Shown piece after piece: positions 7,391 through 15,983 of a DNA stretch of 30,342 nucleotides. The notes below the pieces were generated by a model. That model was not told where the DNA came from. It saw only the letters and a list, made by a program, of their open reading frames with translations, and ran no database searches. The stretch is from contig JAQCIU010000037.1 of assembly GCA_027593235.1 (NCBI GenBank), positions 1-30,342 of the forward strand. Reading direction: 5' to 3'. This DNA comes from Chloroflexota bacterium (GTDB lineage: Bacteria > Chloroflexota > Dehalococcoidia > UBA2979). The translations under genes and the position numbers were made by a program. Position 1 is the first letter of the stretch. Every line of letters starts with the position of its first letter.

Positions 7391-9526
7391 GTGGCGCGGC
7401 TCTCGTTCCGCGGCACTGACGACTGGCAACGCTCCGTTTGCTGCTACTGCGGGACGGGCTGCGGCATCCTCGCCCGCGCTCGCGATGGCCGCGTCACGGA
7501 GGTCCGAGGTGATCCCGACCACCCGGTGAACGCAGGCAAGCTCTGCTCCAAGGGCGCCCTGCTGCCCGGCATCTTCGAGGCCGACGGTCGCCTGCTCCAG
7601 CCGCTCGTGCGCGACGGCAAGGGCTCGCACACGCGCGTCACCAACTGGGATGAGGCGATTGGGCGCGTCTCCGAGGCGATCCGCCGCAACGTCGCCGAGC
7701 ACGGTCCCGATTCGATCATGCTCTACGGCTCGGGCCAGCTGATGACCGAGGACTACTACCTCTTCGGCAAGCTCGCGAAGGGCTTTATCGGCACCAACAA
7801 CCAGGACACCAACTCGCGGCTCTGCATGGCGGCGGCCGTCACCGGCTACACGCTCGCGCTCGGCAAGGACTCACCGCCGGCGTCGTACGAGGACTTCGAC
7901 CACGCGAAGACGTTCCTGATCCTGGGCGCCAATGTCGAGGCGTGTCACCCGATCCTCTACGACCGGATCAAGGCGCGGAAGCGTGCCGATCGCGACGTGA
8001 AGGTGATCGTCGTCGATCCGCGCGCGACGCGGACGACCGAGATCGCCGACCTGCATCTGCCGGTGCGCCCCGGCACCGACGTCGCCCTACTGCAGTCGCT
8101 GCTCTATGAGGTGCGACTGGCGGGCGGCCTCGATGAGCGGTTCATCGCGGAGCGCACCTCCGGCTGGGCCGAGGTCGATGTAGCCCTCGAGGGCTGGTCG
8201 GCGGAGCGTGCCTCGGTGATCACGGGCATCGATGGCGCGGCGATCATCGAGGCGGCCCGCATCATCGCCGGCAACGGGCCGATGGTTAGCCTGTGGACGA
8301 TGGGTGCGAACCAGAGCACCTCGGGTGTCGATAAGAACCTCGGGTTGCTCAACCTGTCGCTGGCGACGGGCAACATCGGCAAGCCGGGCGCCGGGCCGTT
8401 CTCGCTGACCGGTCAGCCGAACGCGATGGGCGGACGCGAGGCGGGCGGCCTCGCGACGACGTTGCCCGGCCACCGGATGGTGGCGAACGCCGCAGACCGC
8501 GAGGCAATGGAGTGCGCCTGGGGGCGTCCGCCGGGCTCGATCTCGGACCGCCCCGGCCTGACCGCGATCGAGATGATCGAGGCCCTCGAGCGCGACGAGA
8601 TCAAGGTCGTCTGGATCGCGGCGACGAACCCGGTCGCTTCGTTCCCGAACTCCGAGCGTGTCGAGGCGGCGCTGCGACGCGCCGAGCTGGTGGTGGTGCA
8701 GGACCCCTATCACCCGACCGAGACGAGCCGTGTCGCCGACGTGATCCTGCCCGCCGCCCAGTGGAGCGAGCGCGGCGGGACGATGACGAACAGCGAGCGA
8801 CGGATCTGCCTGCTCGAACAGATCGGCGACGCGCCGGGCGAGGCGCTGCCGGACTGGCAGATCATCTGCCGCATCGCCTCGGAGTTGGGGTACGGCGACG
8901 CCTTCGACTACGCCGACACCGAGGAGATCTACGACGAGTACCGTGCGCTCACTCGCGGCCGTGACCTCGACATCACCGGGCTGAGCTACGAGGTCCTGCG
9001 CGAGACGCCGGGCGGCCTGCAGTGGCCCTATCCCGAGGGCGCAAGCGCGGGCCGCACCCGGCTCTTCGAGGATGGCGATCGTTTTCCGAACTCGGACGGC
9101 CGCGCGCACTTCCACGTCCCGGCGCTCGAAGCACCCTCGGACGTGGTGTCGCCCGAGTACCCGCTCGTGCTGCTGACGGGGCGGGTGAAGGACCAGTGGC
9201 ACACGATGACCCGCACCGGCGGCGTGCCGAAGCTCAATCGCAGCGAGTCGGAGTCCTTCCTCGAGATACACAGCGCCGACGCCTCGATGCTCGGCGTCGA
9301 GGACGGCGCGCGTGTCGCCGTCTCTTCGCGGCGCGGGCGGTTCGAGGTGAAGGCGCGGGTGACGGACTCGATTCGCGAGGGCGCGGTCTTCGCGCCGTTC
9401 CACTGGGGCGCGGAGTGGGGCCGCCGAGGCGTCGCCAACGCGGTCACCAGCGAGGCGATCGACCCTCGGTCGAAGCAACCGGAGCTGAAGTACGCAGCCG
9501 TCCGGGTGGAGCGGATCGACGACTGA
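7391..9526 (+). CDS. narB: Assimilatory nitrate reductase catalytic subunit (Mo-bisPGD, NarB/NasA type)
   Basis: CCYCGTGCG...GKLCSKG 4Fe-4S motif, SGQLMTEDYY, DTNSRLCM, SLTGQPNAMGGRE, GTMTNSERR, DQWHTMTRT, DPRSKQPELK. At 711 aa it lacks the C-terminal BFD-like domain. Confidence 0.9.
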   Translation: MARLSFRGTDDWQRSVCCYCGTGCGILARARDGRVTEVRGDPDHPVNAGKLCSKGALLPGIFEADGRLLQPLVRDGKGSHTRVTNWDEAIGRVSEAIRRNVAEHGPDSIMLYGSGQLMTEDYYLFGKLAKGFIGTNNQDTNSRLCMAAAVTGYTLALGKDSPPASYEDFDHAKTFLILGANVEACHPILYDRIKARKRADRDVKVIVVDPRATRTTEIADLHLPVRPGTDVALLQSLLYEVRLAGGLDERFIAERTSGWAEVDVALEGWSAERASVITGIDGAAIIEAARIIAGNGPMVSLWTMGANQSTSGVDKNLGLLNLSLATGNIGKPGAGPFSLTGQPNAMGGREAGGLATTLPGHRMVANAADREAMECAWGRPPGSISDRPGLTAIEMIEALERDEIKVVWIAATNPVASFPNSERVEAALRRAELVVVQDPYHPTETSRVADVILPAAQWSERGGTMTNSERRICLLEQIGDAPGEALPDWQIICRIASELGYGDAFDYADTEEIYDEYRALTRGRDLDITGLSYEVLRETPGGLQWPYPEGASAGRTRLFEDGDRFPNSDGRAHFHVPALEAPSDVVSPEYPLVLLTGRVKDQWHTMTRTGGVPKLNRSESESFLEIHSADASMLGVEDGARVAVSSRRGRFEVKARVTDSIREGAVFAPFHWGAEWGRRGVANAVTSEAIDPRSKQPELKYAAVRVERIDD

Positions 9527-9535
9527 GACCGGATC

Positions 9536-9606
9536 GAGATTCCGTTGAAACATTGCGGAGAGCGTTTCGTAGCGCCGAGTTCACGCGCACGGCATCGGGC
9601 GGCAAT
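9536..9606 (+). promoter_or_regulatory. Second GlnR-like phased array upstream of the nitrate transporter
   Basis: Pentamers at exact 11-bp steps: GAGAT 9536, GAAAC 9547, GAGAG 9558, GTAGC 9569, TTCAC 9580, GGCAT 9591, GCAAT 9602. Confidence 0.4.
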
Positions 9607-9657
9607 CACCTCCTTCTAGGTTGATCTGGACAGATCAGCGGGCGGAGGAGGACCACC

Positions 9658-11034
9658 CTGGACACCGGACAGATTCAGCATCGCGCGACGAAGATCGACC
9701 TGTTCAGCTTCAAGAGCGTGCAGATGCGCACGTTCCACATCACCTGGTTTGCGTTCTTCCTGGCGTTCTTCGGTTGGTTCGGGATCGCGCCGTTGATGGC
9801 GGTGGTGCGTGAGGACCTGGAGCTGACGAAGACCCAGGTCGGCAACACGGTGATCGCGTCGGTCGCCGTGACGGTTATCGCGCGGTTGTTCATCGGCTGG
9901 CTCAGCGATCGAATTGGCCCGCGTCGCGCCTACACCTGGCTGCTGATCCTGGGCGCATTCCCGGTGATGGGGATCGGGCTCGCGCAGAACTACGAGACCT
10001 TCGTGCTGTTCCGGCTGGCGATCGGGGTGATCGGCGCCTCGTTCGTGATCACGCAGTACCACACGTCCGTGATGTTCGCGCCGAACGTCGTCGGCACCGC
10101 GAACGCGACCACCGCCGGTTGGGGCAACCTCGGTGGTGGCGTGACGCAGATGGTGATGCCGTTCGTACTCAGCCTGCTGGTGCTGTTCGGTCTCAACGAG
10201 GCGGTCGGCTGGCGCTTTGCGATGGTCGTGCCCGGCATCGCGCTCTTCGCGATGGGCATCGTCTACTACAAGTACACGCAGGACACGCCGGACGGCGATT
10301 TCAAGGACCTGCGCGCGCGCGGGTTGCTGCCGCCGGCCTCCGCGACGAAGGGCTCGTTCTGGGCCGCGGCGCGCGACTACCGGGTGTGGGCGCTGTTCGT
10401 CATCTACGGCGCGTGCTTCGGCATCGAGCTGACGATCAACAACGTCGCCGCGCTCTACTACCACGACCGCTTCGAGCTGAGCGTCGGCGTTGCCGGGCTG
10501 ATCGCCGGTCTGTTCGGCCTGATGAACCTCTTCGCCCGGTCGCTCGGCGGCATCTTCGGCGACCGCGCCGGGGCGCGGTTCGGGCTCCGCGGGCGGGTGA
10601 TCTTCCTCGGCGTGGTGCTGGCCCTCGAGGGTGTCGCGCTGCTGGTGTTCTCGCAGATGGCCGCGCTGGCGCTGGCGATTCCGGCGATGATCGTCTTCAG
10701 CATCTTCGTGCAGATGTCGGAGGGCGCGACCTTCTCGGTGGTGCCGTTCGTCAACCCGAAGGCACTTGGCTCGGTGGCCGGCATCGTCGGCGCCGGCGGT
10801 AACGCCGGAGCGGTTGGGGCCGGCTTTCTGTTCCGGATGGAGAGTCTCGCGACGGAGGATGCCTTCGCCATTCTCGGTGTGCTCGTGCTCGCCTCGTCGG
10901 TGCTGGTGGCGCTGGTGCGGTTCGCGCCGCAGGCCGAGGCCGAAGCGGCGGCGGCACATCGCGAGGCCGCTCCTCGCGCGGTGCCCGCGCTCGCCGCCCA
11001 GGCGCAAAGCGTGACGGTTCGCGCGGACGGCTAG
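9658..11034 (+). CDS. NarK/NRT2-family MFS nitrate/nitrite transporter
   Basis: QMRTFHITWFAFFLAFFGWFGIAPL and nitrate signature GTANATTAGWGNLGGG, GLMNLFARSLGG, GIVGAGGNAG. In-frame CTG at 9658 follows GGAGGAGG; first conventional start is GTG 9718. Confidence 0.92.
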   Translation: MDTGQIQHRATKIDLFSFKSVQMRTFHITWFAFFLAFFGWFGIAPLMAVVREDLELTKTQVGNTVIASVAVTVIARLFIGWLSDRIGPRRAYTWLLILGAFPVMGIGLAQNYETFVLFRLAIGVIGASFVITQYHTSVMFAPNVVGTANATTAGWGNLGGGVTQMVMPFVLSLLVLFGLNEAVGWRFAMVVPGIALFAMGIVYYKYTQDTPDGDFKDLRARGLLPPASATKGSFWAAARDYRVWALFVIYGACFGIELTINNVAALYYHDRFELSVGVAGLIAGLFGLMNLFARSLGGIFGDRAGARFGLRGRVIFLGVVLALEGVALLVFSQMAALALAIPAMIVFSIFVQMSEGATFSVVPFVNPKALGSVAGIVGAGGNAGAVGAGFLFRMESLATEDAFAILGVLVLASSVLVALVRFAPQAEAEAAAAHREAAPRAVPALAAQAQSVTVRADG

Positions 11035-11065
11035 ACCGCTCGTCCGACGGTGGTGCTCGCGAAGC

Positions 11066-11094
11066 GGGGCGGACAGCGATGTCCGCCTCTCTTC
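11066..11094 (+). terminator. Probable intrinsic terminator of the nitrate operon
   Basis: GGGGCGGACA-GCGA-TGTCCGCCTC followed by TCTTC; GNRA tetraloop. Confidence 0.6.
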
Positions 11095-11207
11095 GATCTG
11101 TCTCTCCACCCCCATTCGTCGCTCCGAGCGTGATCTCCGTTCGCAACTGCGGGATTCCCCCATGTCCGGCCGCACCAGCCTGGAGGACGCTGGGCGCGGA
11201 GAAAGGC

Positions 11208-14200
11208 GTGCGTGTGCGTCCAGGGATCATCGTGCTGGTCGGGCTGGGCCTGTTGCTGGCCGCCTGCTCGGGGAAAGGCGATGCGGCGACGCCCTCACCC
11301 GGCGCGACGACGCCGGCTTCCGACCCGGATGGGACCGCACTGGTGTCCTTCGTCCAGGGCCTCAGCCCGGCTGACTACTACCAGGCGAGCTGCGCCGCGT
11401 GTCACGGCGTGGACAAGGAGGGGGCGGTTGGCCCCCCGCTCGTCGTGGAGCGACTGACCGAGCCTGCCGAGGTCTACTTCGATGCGATCAAGAACGGGCG
11501 TCCCGGCACTGCGATGCCCGCATGGGGCGCCGTCGGACTGAGCGATGCCGAGGTCCGCACACTCGTGGCCTATCTCCAGGGCCGCGACCTTGTCGGGGGT
11601 TCCGGCTCTGGGATCGGTAGCCAGCCCTCGGTGCTCGGGATCGAGGCGAAGTACCAGATAGAACTCCCGCCGATCGCCCGTACCGCTTCGCGTCCGCTCG
11701 AGTGGACGGTCACCAATAGCTCAGACGCGGCGGTGGAGTTGATCCAGTTCGACAGCTCGACGCTGTCAGTCTTCCTGCTCGATCCGCTGCCGATTCGACT
11801 GGCCCCGGGTCAGTCTCGCGATCTGCGGTTGGTCTTCGTACCGAACCCGCGCGGTTCCGAGGGCGATCCCGCTACCGGGACGGCATCGGTGCTGGTCCGC
11901 GGTTCCGATGCGGTCACGGAGCGCGTGCAGCTGGCGATCCGCTCCGCGATCGGCGCGGCCGCTACTCCGTTGCGGCTCTCCAGCATGGGACTGCCCGACT
12001 ACCCGAGTCGTGTGGCGACGTGGCAGGACTACGTCTATGTCGGCTACCTCGGCGGGCTGATCGAGGTCTATCAGTGGACCGGGAACGGGGGGCTCGAGCT
12101 TGTCGAGTCCGTATCGACAATTGCCGAGACGCCGAACCACGGCCCGCATGGCCGCCCGAACCCGGACGCCGCCGGTCGCCTGATCGGCGGTTTCGCGCTG
12201 GATGCCGACGGCACGCTCTACGTCACGCACAGCGACCCGCGCCTCAACGAGGGCGAGTTCCTGAAGACCGGGCACCTCGCCGATCTCAACTCGGGGGCGG
12301 TGACTGCCCTCGATGGTCCGCCCGGCCAATACGGTGCGGCCGGGCACCGGCGTGACCTCGTAGCCGGGCTCCCGCGCAACGTCACCAATCACATGCCGCT
12401 GGGCCTGGCGCTCCAGGGCGAGTGGCTCTACGTGGGCGTTGGCGCGATGACCGATTCCGGGCAGACCGACGAATCGAAGCCGCAGCCGGATACCGACATC
12501 AGCGGTGCGGTGCTGCGGATCAACGTGGCGGACCCCAGCCGCTTCCCGCTCGTCCTCGCCGAACCGGGTGGCCCGTTCGCCAGCGCCGCCGTGCTCGAGC
12601 CCGGGCTGCTCGAGGTGTTCGCCACCGGTATGCGGAATGCGTTCGGACTCGCCTTCGGACCGGACGGCCAGCTCTACCTCTCGGATCAGTCCTCGGACGG
12701 TGGTGCGACGCCGCAGCCGGCGGGGGACGACGGCCCGCCCGGGCTGATACAGAACCTGGGGCCGGACCACCTTCATCTGGTGCGGCGGGGCGACTTCCTC
12801 GGGCAGCCGAACCTGGCGCGCGGTGAGTCGATCCTCAACGACGGGTCGGAGTACATCACCCCGATCCCCAACCCGGACTACGCCGCGCCGATCCACGTCT
12901 TTGGGACGCACAACTCCGCGACTGGGATCGCCTGGTACGAGGGCGCCGCCTTCCCGGACCTGCGCGGCAAGCTCCTCGTCAGCAAGTTCAGCGGAGCCAC
13001 GGGGCTGCAGGCGCTGACCGTCGAGGACGGTCGCGTCGTCGCGGTGCAGGTGCTGGCGACGAAGCCGCTGCTCAGCAACGTCACCGACGTCGCGGTGGGA
13101 CCGAACGGCGAACTGGTGATTGCGGAGTTCTGGGAGAAGCGACTGCGGATCGCACGTGGCTACGCCCCGCCGTCGCCGGCGGTCTCCTCCGACCACTTCT
13201 ATTTCGGCATCAACCTCGATCCGGAGGACGACTCCGCCGACGGCTACGCGTTGCGGACCGGCGTCGAGCCGGAGGTGCTGGTCGACTTCTTCCGATTCCC
13301 GCTGGACGGGGAGGGCCGGTCGCGGCTCGTCGACTTCCTCGAGACGACGCGTAGCCGTCAGTCGATCGCGCTGGTCACGCTGGAGCCGTTCGACGGCCTC
13401 GGAGCGGTGACGCCTACCGCGGTGGACGAGCTCGCGGCGATCGTCGCGGCGTCGCCGGGCGGTGGCGCCACGGTGATGATCCGCTTCGCGCATGAGATGA
13501 ACGGCTCGTGGTACCCGTGGAGCCAGCAGCCGGAGGCGTACATCGCGGCGTTCCGGCTGGTGGCGGAGACGGTCTATGACGAGGCGCCGGGGACGACCAT
13601 GTTGTGGGCGCCCAACTACGGTGGGGGCTATCCCTTCCGCGGCGGCGCCTTCGAGGCGACGGTCCGGCAGCCCGGTTTCGCGCTCCTCGATAGCAACGGC
13701 GACGGGCAGCTCGACACGACGGACGATCCGTATGCGCCGTACTACCCCGGCGACGACGTCGTCGACTGGGTCGGCATGTCGCTCTACCACTGGGGCAGTG
13801 CCTACCCATGGCGCGAGAACGAGGTTCCCGAGGCCGGCAAGTTCATCGCGGAGCTCCGAGGCGAGTACAGCGGTGCGAACGGCGACGACTCGGCCATTCC
13901 CGACTTCTACGGCGAGTACGCGGAGCGCCGAGGCAAGCCGCTCGCGATCCCGGAGACGGCCGCGCTGTACAACACCACGCTTCCGGGAGACGAAGCCGCG
14001 ATCAAGTCGGATTGGTGGTCTCAGGTCTTCTCACAGGAGACCCGGGAACAGCTCCCCGCGCTCCGGATGGTGAACTGGTTCGAACACCTGAAGCCTGAAG
14101 CCGAGGTGGGCGGCAACATCATCGACTGGCGAGCGACCGGCGATCCGTCGCTTGCCGAGGCGTTCGTCGCCCACCTCCGGGCGTGGCTCGCGTCGCGCCT

Positions 14201-14210
14201 GAGCGAGTAG
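11208..14210 (+). CDS. Multidomain lipoprotein: cytochrome c + Ig-like + glucose/sorbosone-dehydrogenase-like beta-propeller + GH26 glycoside hydrolase
   Basis: Lipobox LLLAAC; CAACH with distal AMPAWG; GLPRNVTNH and GMRNAFGLAF propeller motifs; RFAHEMNGSWYPW, YYPGDDVVDWVG and PLAIPET GH26 motifs. ATG 11079 lies inside the terminator, so GTG 11208/11214 after GAGAAAGG is preferred. Confidence 0.82.
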   Translation: MRVRPGIIVLVGLGLLLAACSGKGDAATPSPGATTPASDPDGTALVSFVQGLSPADYYQASCAACHGVDKEGAVGPPLVVERLTEPAEVYFDAIKNGRPGTAMPAWGAVGLSDAEVRTLVAYLQGRDLVGGSGSGIGSQPSVLGIEAKYQIELPPIARTASRPLEWTVTNSSDAAVELIQFDSSTLSVFLLDPLPIRLAPGQSRDLRLVFVPNPRGSEGDPATGTASVLVRGSDAVTERVQLAIRSAIGAAATPLRLSSMGLPDYPSRVATWQDYVYVGYLGGLIEVYQWTGNGGLELVESVSTIAETPNHGPHGRPNPDAAGRLIGGFALDADGTLYVTHSDPRLNEGEFLKTGHLADLNSGAVTALDGPPGQYGAAGHRRDLVAGLPRNVTNHMPLGLALQGEWLYVGVGAMTDSGQTDESKPQPDTDISGAVLRINVADPSRFPLVLAEPGGPFASAAVLEPGLLEVFATGMRNAFGLAFGPDGQLYLSDQSSDGGATPQPAGDDGPPGLIQNLGPDHLHLVRRGDFLGQPNLARGESILNDGSEYITPIPNPDYAAPIHVFGTHNSATGIAWYEGAAFPDLRGKLLVSKFSGATGLQALTVEDGRVVAVQVLATKPLLSNVTDVAVGPNGELVIAEFWEKRLRIARGYAPPSPAVSSDHFYFGINLDPEDDSADGYALRTGVEPEVLVDFFRFPLDGEGRSRLVDFLETTRSRQSIALVTLEPFDGLGAVTPTAVDELAAIVAASPGGGATVMIRFAHEMNGSWYPWSQQPEAYIAAFRLVAETVYDEAPGTTMLWAPNYGGGYPFRGGAFEATVRQPGFALLDSNGDGQLDTTDDPYAPYYPGDDVVDWVGMSLYHWGSAYPWRENEVPEAGKFIAELRGEYSGANGDDSAIPDFYGEYAERRGKPLAIPETAALYNTTLPGDEAAIKSDWWSQVFSQETREQLPALRMVNWFEHLKPEAEVGGNIIDWRATGDPSLAEAFVAHLRAWLASRLSE

Positions 14211-14213
14211 GCG

Positions 14214-15224
14214 CTAGAGGAACTTCGGCAGCACCTTCTCGGTGAACAACTCGAACGAGGAGTGCGACAGCGGGGTGCAGATCAGGTACTCGAGCGGGAG
14301 CTCTTCCTGGAGCCGTTGCAGGTCGTCGATCACCTTGTCCGGTGTCCCGCAGATGACCACGTCGTTCACGTAACGCTCGACGGGATCCTCGTCCTCCGGG
14401 ACGTCAGCGAGGACGCTTGTGTCCTGCGTCTTCTCCGCGGGTTTCGTGCCGCGACGCAGGTACGAACCGAACATGAACTGCGCGCCGTTACGCGCGATCG
14501 CCTCCGCCTCCTCCTGGGTGTCGGCCAGTGCGATGTTGCGCGTCATCGGGATTACACGGCCCTCCATCGAGTAGCCGGCGCCCTCCAACTCGCGCTGGTA
14601 CAGCGCGCGCTTTGAGGCGATGTCCTCGTGCGAGGAGTGCGGATCCATCATTATCGTGTAGCCGTTCTGACCGCACCATTCCACGGCGCCGGCCGAACTG
14701 GCGGCCATCCAGACCGGAGGGCGTGGTTGCTGCAGCGGCTTCGGGAGGACCTCGACGTCTTCGAAGTCGTAGAACTCACCGTGGTAGGTGAACGGCCCGT
14801 CCTCCCACGCCTTCAGCACGATGTCGACGGTCTCCCGGAATCTCGGGTAGCTCTCCTCCATCGGCACCCCGAAGTTCTGGTACTCCTTCTGGTCGAACCC
14901 GCGCCCGGCGCCCCAGTTCACCCGGCCGCCCGAGAGCACGTCGAGGAGCGCGACCTCCTCGGCCAGACGCAGCGGGTGGTAGAACGGCGCCAGCGAGATA
15001 CCGGTGCCGATGCGCAGCCGCTTGGTCCGCGCCGCGATGTGGGTGCCCATCATGTGGATCGAGGGGCACACGCTGTACGTGCTGAAGTGGTGCTCCGCGA
15101 GCCAGACGGCGTCGTAGCCGGTCTCGTCCATGATTTCGGCGCGCTGGAACGCGCGCTCGTAGACCGTCGGGAGCGGCACGCGTCGTCCCGGCCAGCTGAA
15201 GAACTGTAGGACACCGAATTTCAT
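14214..15224 (-). CDS. LLM-class flavin-dependent oxidoreductase (luciferase-like)
   Basis: GYDAVWLAEHHF, HPLRLAEEVALLDVLSGGRVNWGAGRG, PKPLQQPRPPVW; GGAGG before ATG 15224. Confidence 0.93.
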   Translation of the reverse strand: MKFGVLQFFSWPGRRVPLPTVYERAFQRAEIMDETGYDAVWLAEHHFSTYSVCPSIHMMGTHIAARTKRLRIGTGISLAPFYHPLRLAEEVALLDVLSGGRVNWGAGRGFDQKEYQNFGVPMEESYPRFRETVDIVLKAWEDGPFTYHGEFYDFEDVEVLPKPLQQPRPPVWMAASSAGAVEWCGQNGYTIMMDPHSSHEDIASKRALYQRELEGAGYSMEGRVIPMTRNIALADTQEEAEAIARNGAQFMFGSYLRRGTKPAEKTQDTSVLADVPEDEDPVERYVNDVVICGTPDKVIDDLQRLQEELPLEYLICTPLSHSSFELFTEKVLPKFL

Positions 15225-15439
15225 AGCGACCTCCATCGCGGACCTGGCGCAGTCTCGCAGAACTGCTGCATCGCGTCGCACTGATCCGTGCGCACTCGCA
15301 CACGATTCCGAGGTGGCCCGCACGGCGCTCACCGGCTACGGCGCAGCCCTCGGTCACGCGATGCGCGGACGTTCGCCCCTGTCGTCGGGGCGGCGACCGG
15401 GCATCATCGAGGTACGACAGCACCGAGGGGGTATGAGCG

Positions 15440-15859
15440 ATGGACGAGGGACGCCTGGGATTCCACGTGCAAACCGCGCTTGAGTTCGACGCAGCCGAGG
15501 CGGCGACGCGCGATGCGCTGGCCGCCGAGGGCTTCGGCATTCTGACCGAGATCGATGTGCAGCAGACGCTGGCCGACAAGCTGGGCGCGAAGATGGAGCG
15601 CTACAAGATCCTTGGCGCCTGCAACCCGCCGATCGCGCATGACGCGCTTGAGGTCTGGCGTGGGTTCGGGCTGCTGATGCCGTGCAACGTGGTCGTGCGG
15701 GACGCCGGCGATCACCGGGTCGTGATGGCCTTCGATCCGCTCTCGATCAGCGAGGTACACGACAACGCGGAGTTGCTGCCGATCGCGGAGCGTGCACAGG
15801 GTGCGCTGCGTCGCGCGATGGAGCGGGTCGAGCGCGCCTCGGCGGTGGCGACGGGCTGA
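15440..15859 (+). CDS. DUF302 domain protein
   Basis: EGFGILTEIDVQQTL..KLG...YKILGACNP...GLLMPCNVVV. Confidence 0.88.
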   Translation: MDEGRLGFHVQTALEFDAAEAATRDALAAEGFGILTEIDVQQTLADKLGAKMERYKILGACNPPIAHDALEVWRGFGLLMPCNVVVRDAGDHRVVMAFDPLSISEVHDNAELLPIAERAQGALRRAMERVERASAVATG

Positions 15860-15983
15860 TCGAGGTCTGATCCACGGCCTCCGACCGCGGACGCGAAGCG
15901 ATCCTCGTTCGGAGGTGTCGCGCGCCTCGTGACGACGTAGGATGCGCGGGAGCAGCGCGACCGGCGCGGAAGGCGGCACCTAG

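Noticed and set aside
8087-9553. Long antisense ORFs (also 9616-11175, 11766-13790, 23397-24614, 25928-27409)
   Set aside because: Shadow frames of well-supported genes in high-GC DNA; Arg/Ala-rich with no motifs.
11360-13165. Cytochrome c + beta-propeller next to nitrate genes suggesting cytochrome cd1 nitrite reductase (NirS)
   Set aside because: The propeller motifs are GSDH-type, not d1-binding; there are no heme d1 synthesis genes; a terminator separates it from the nitrate operon.
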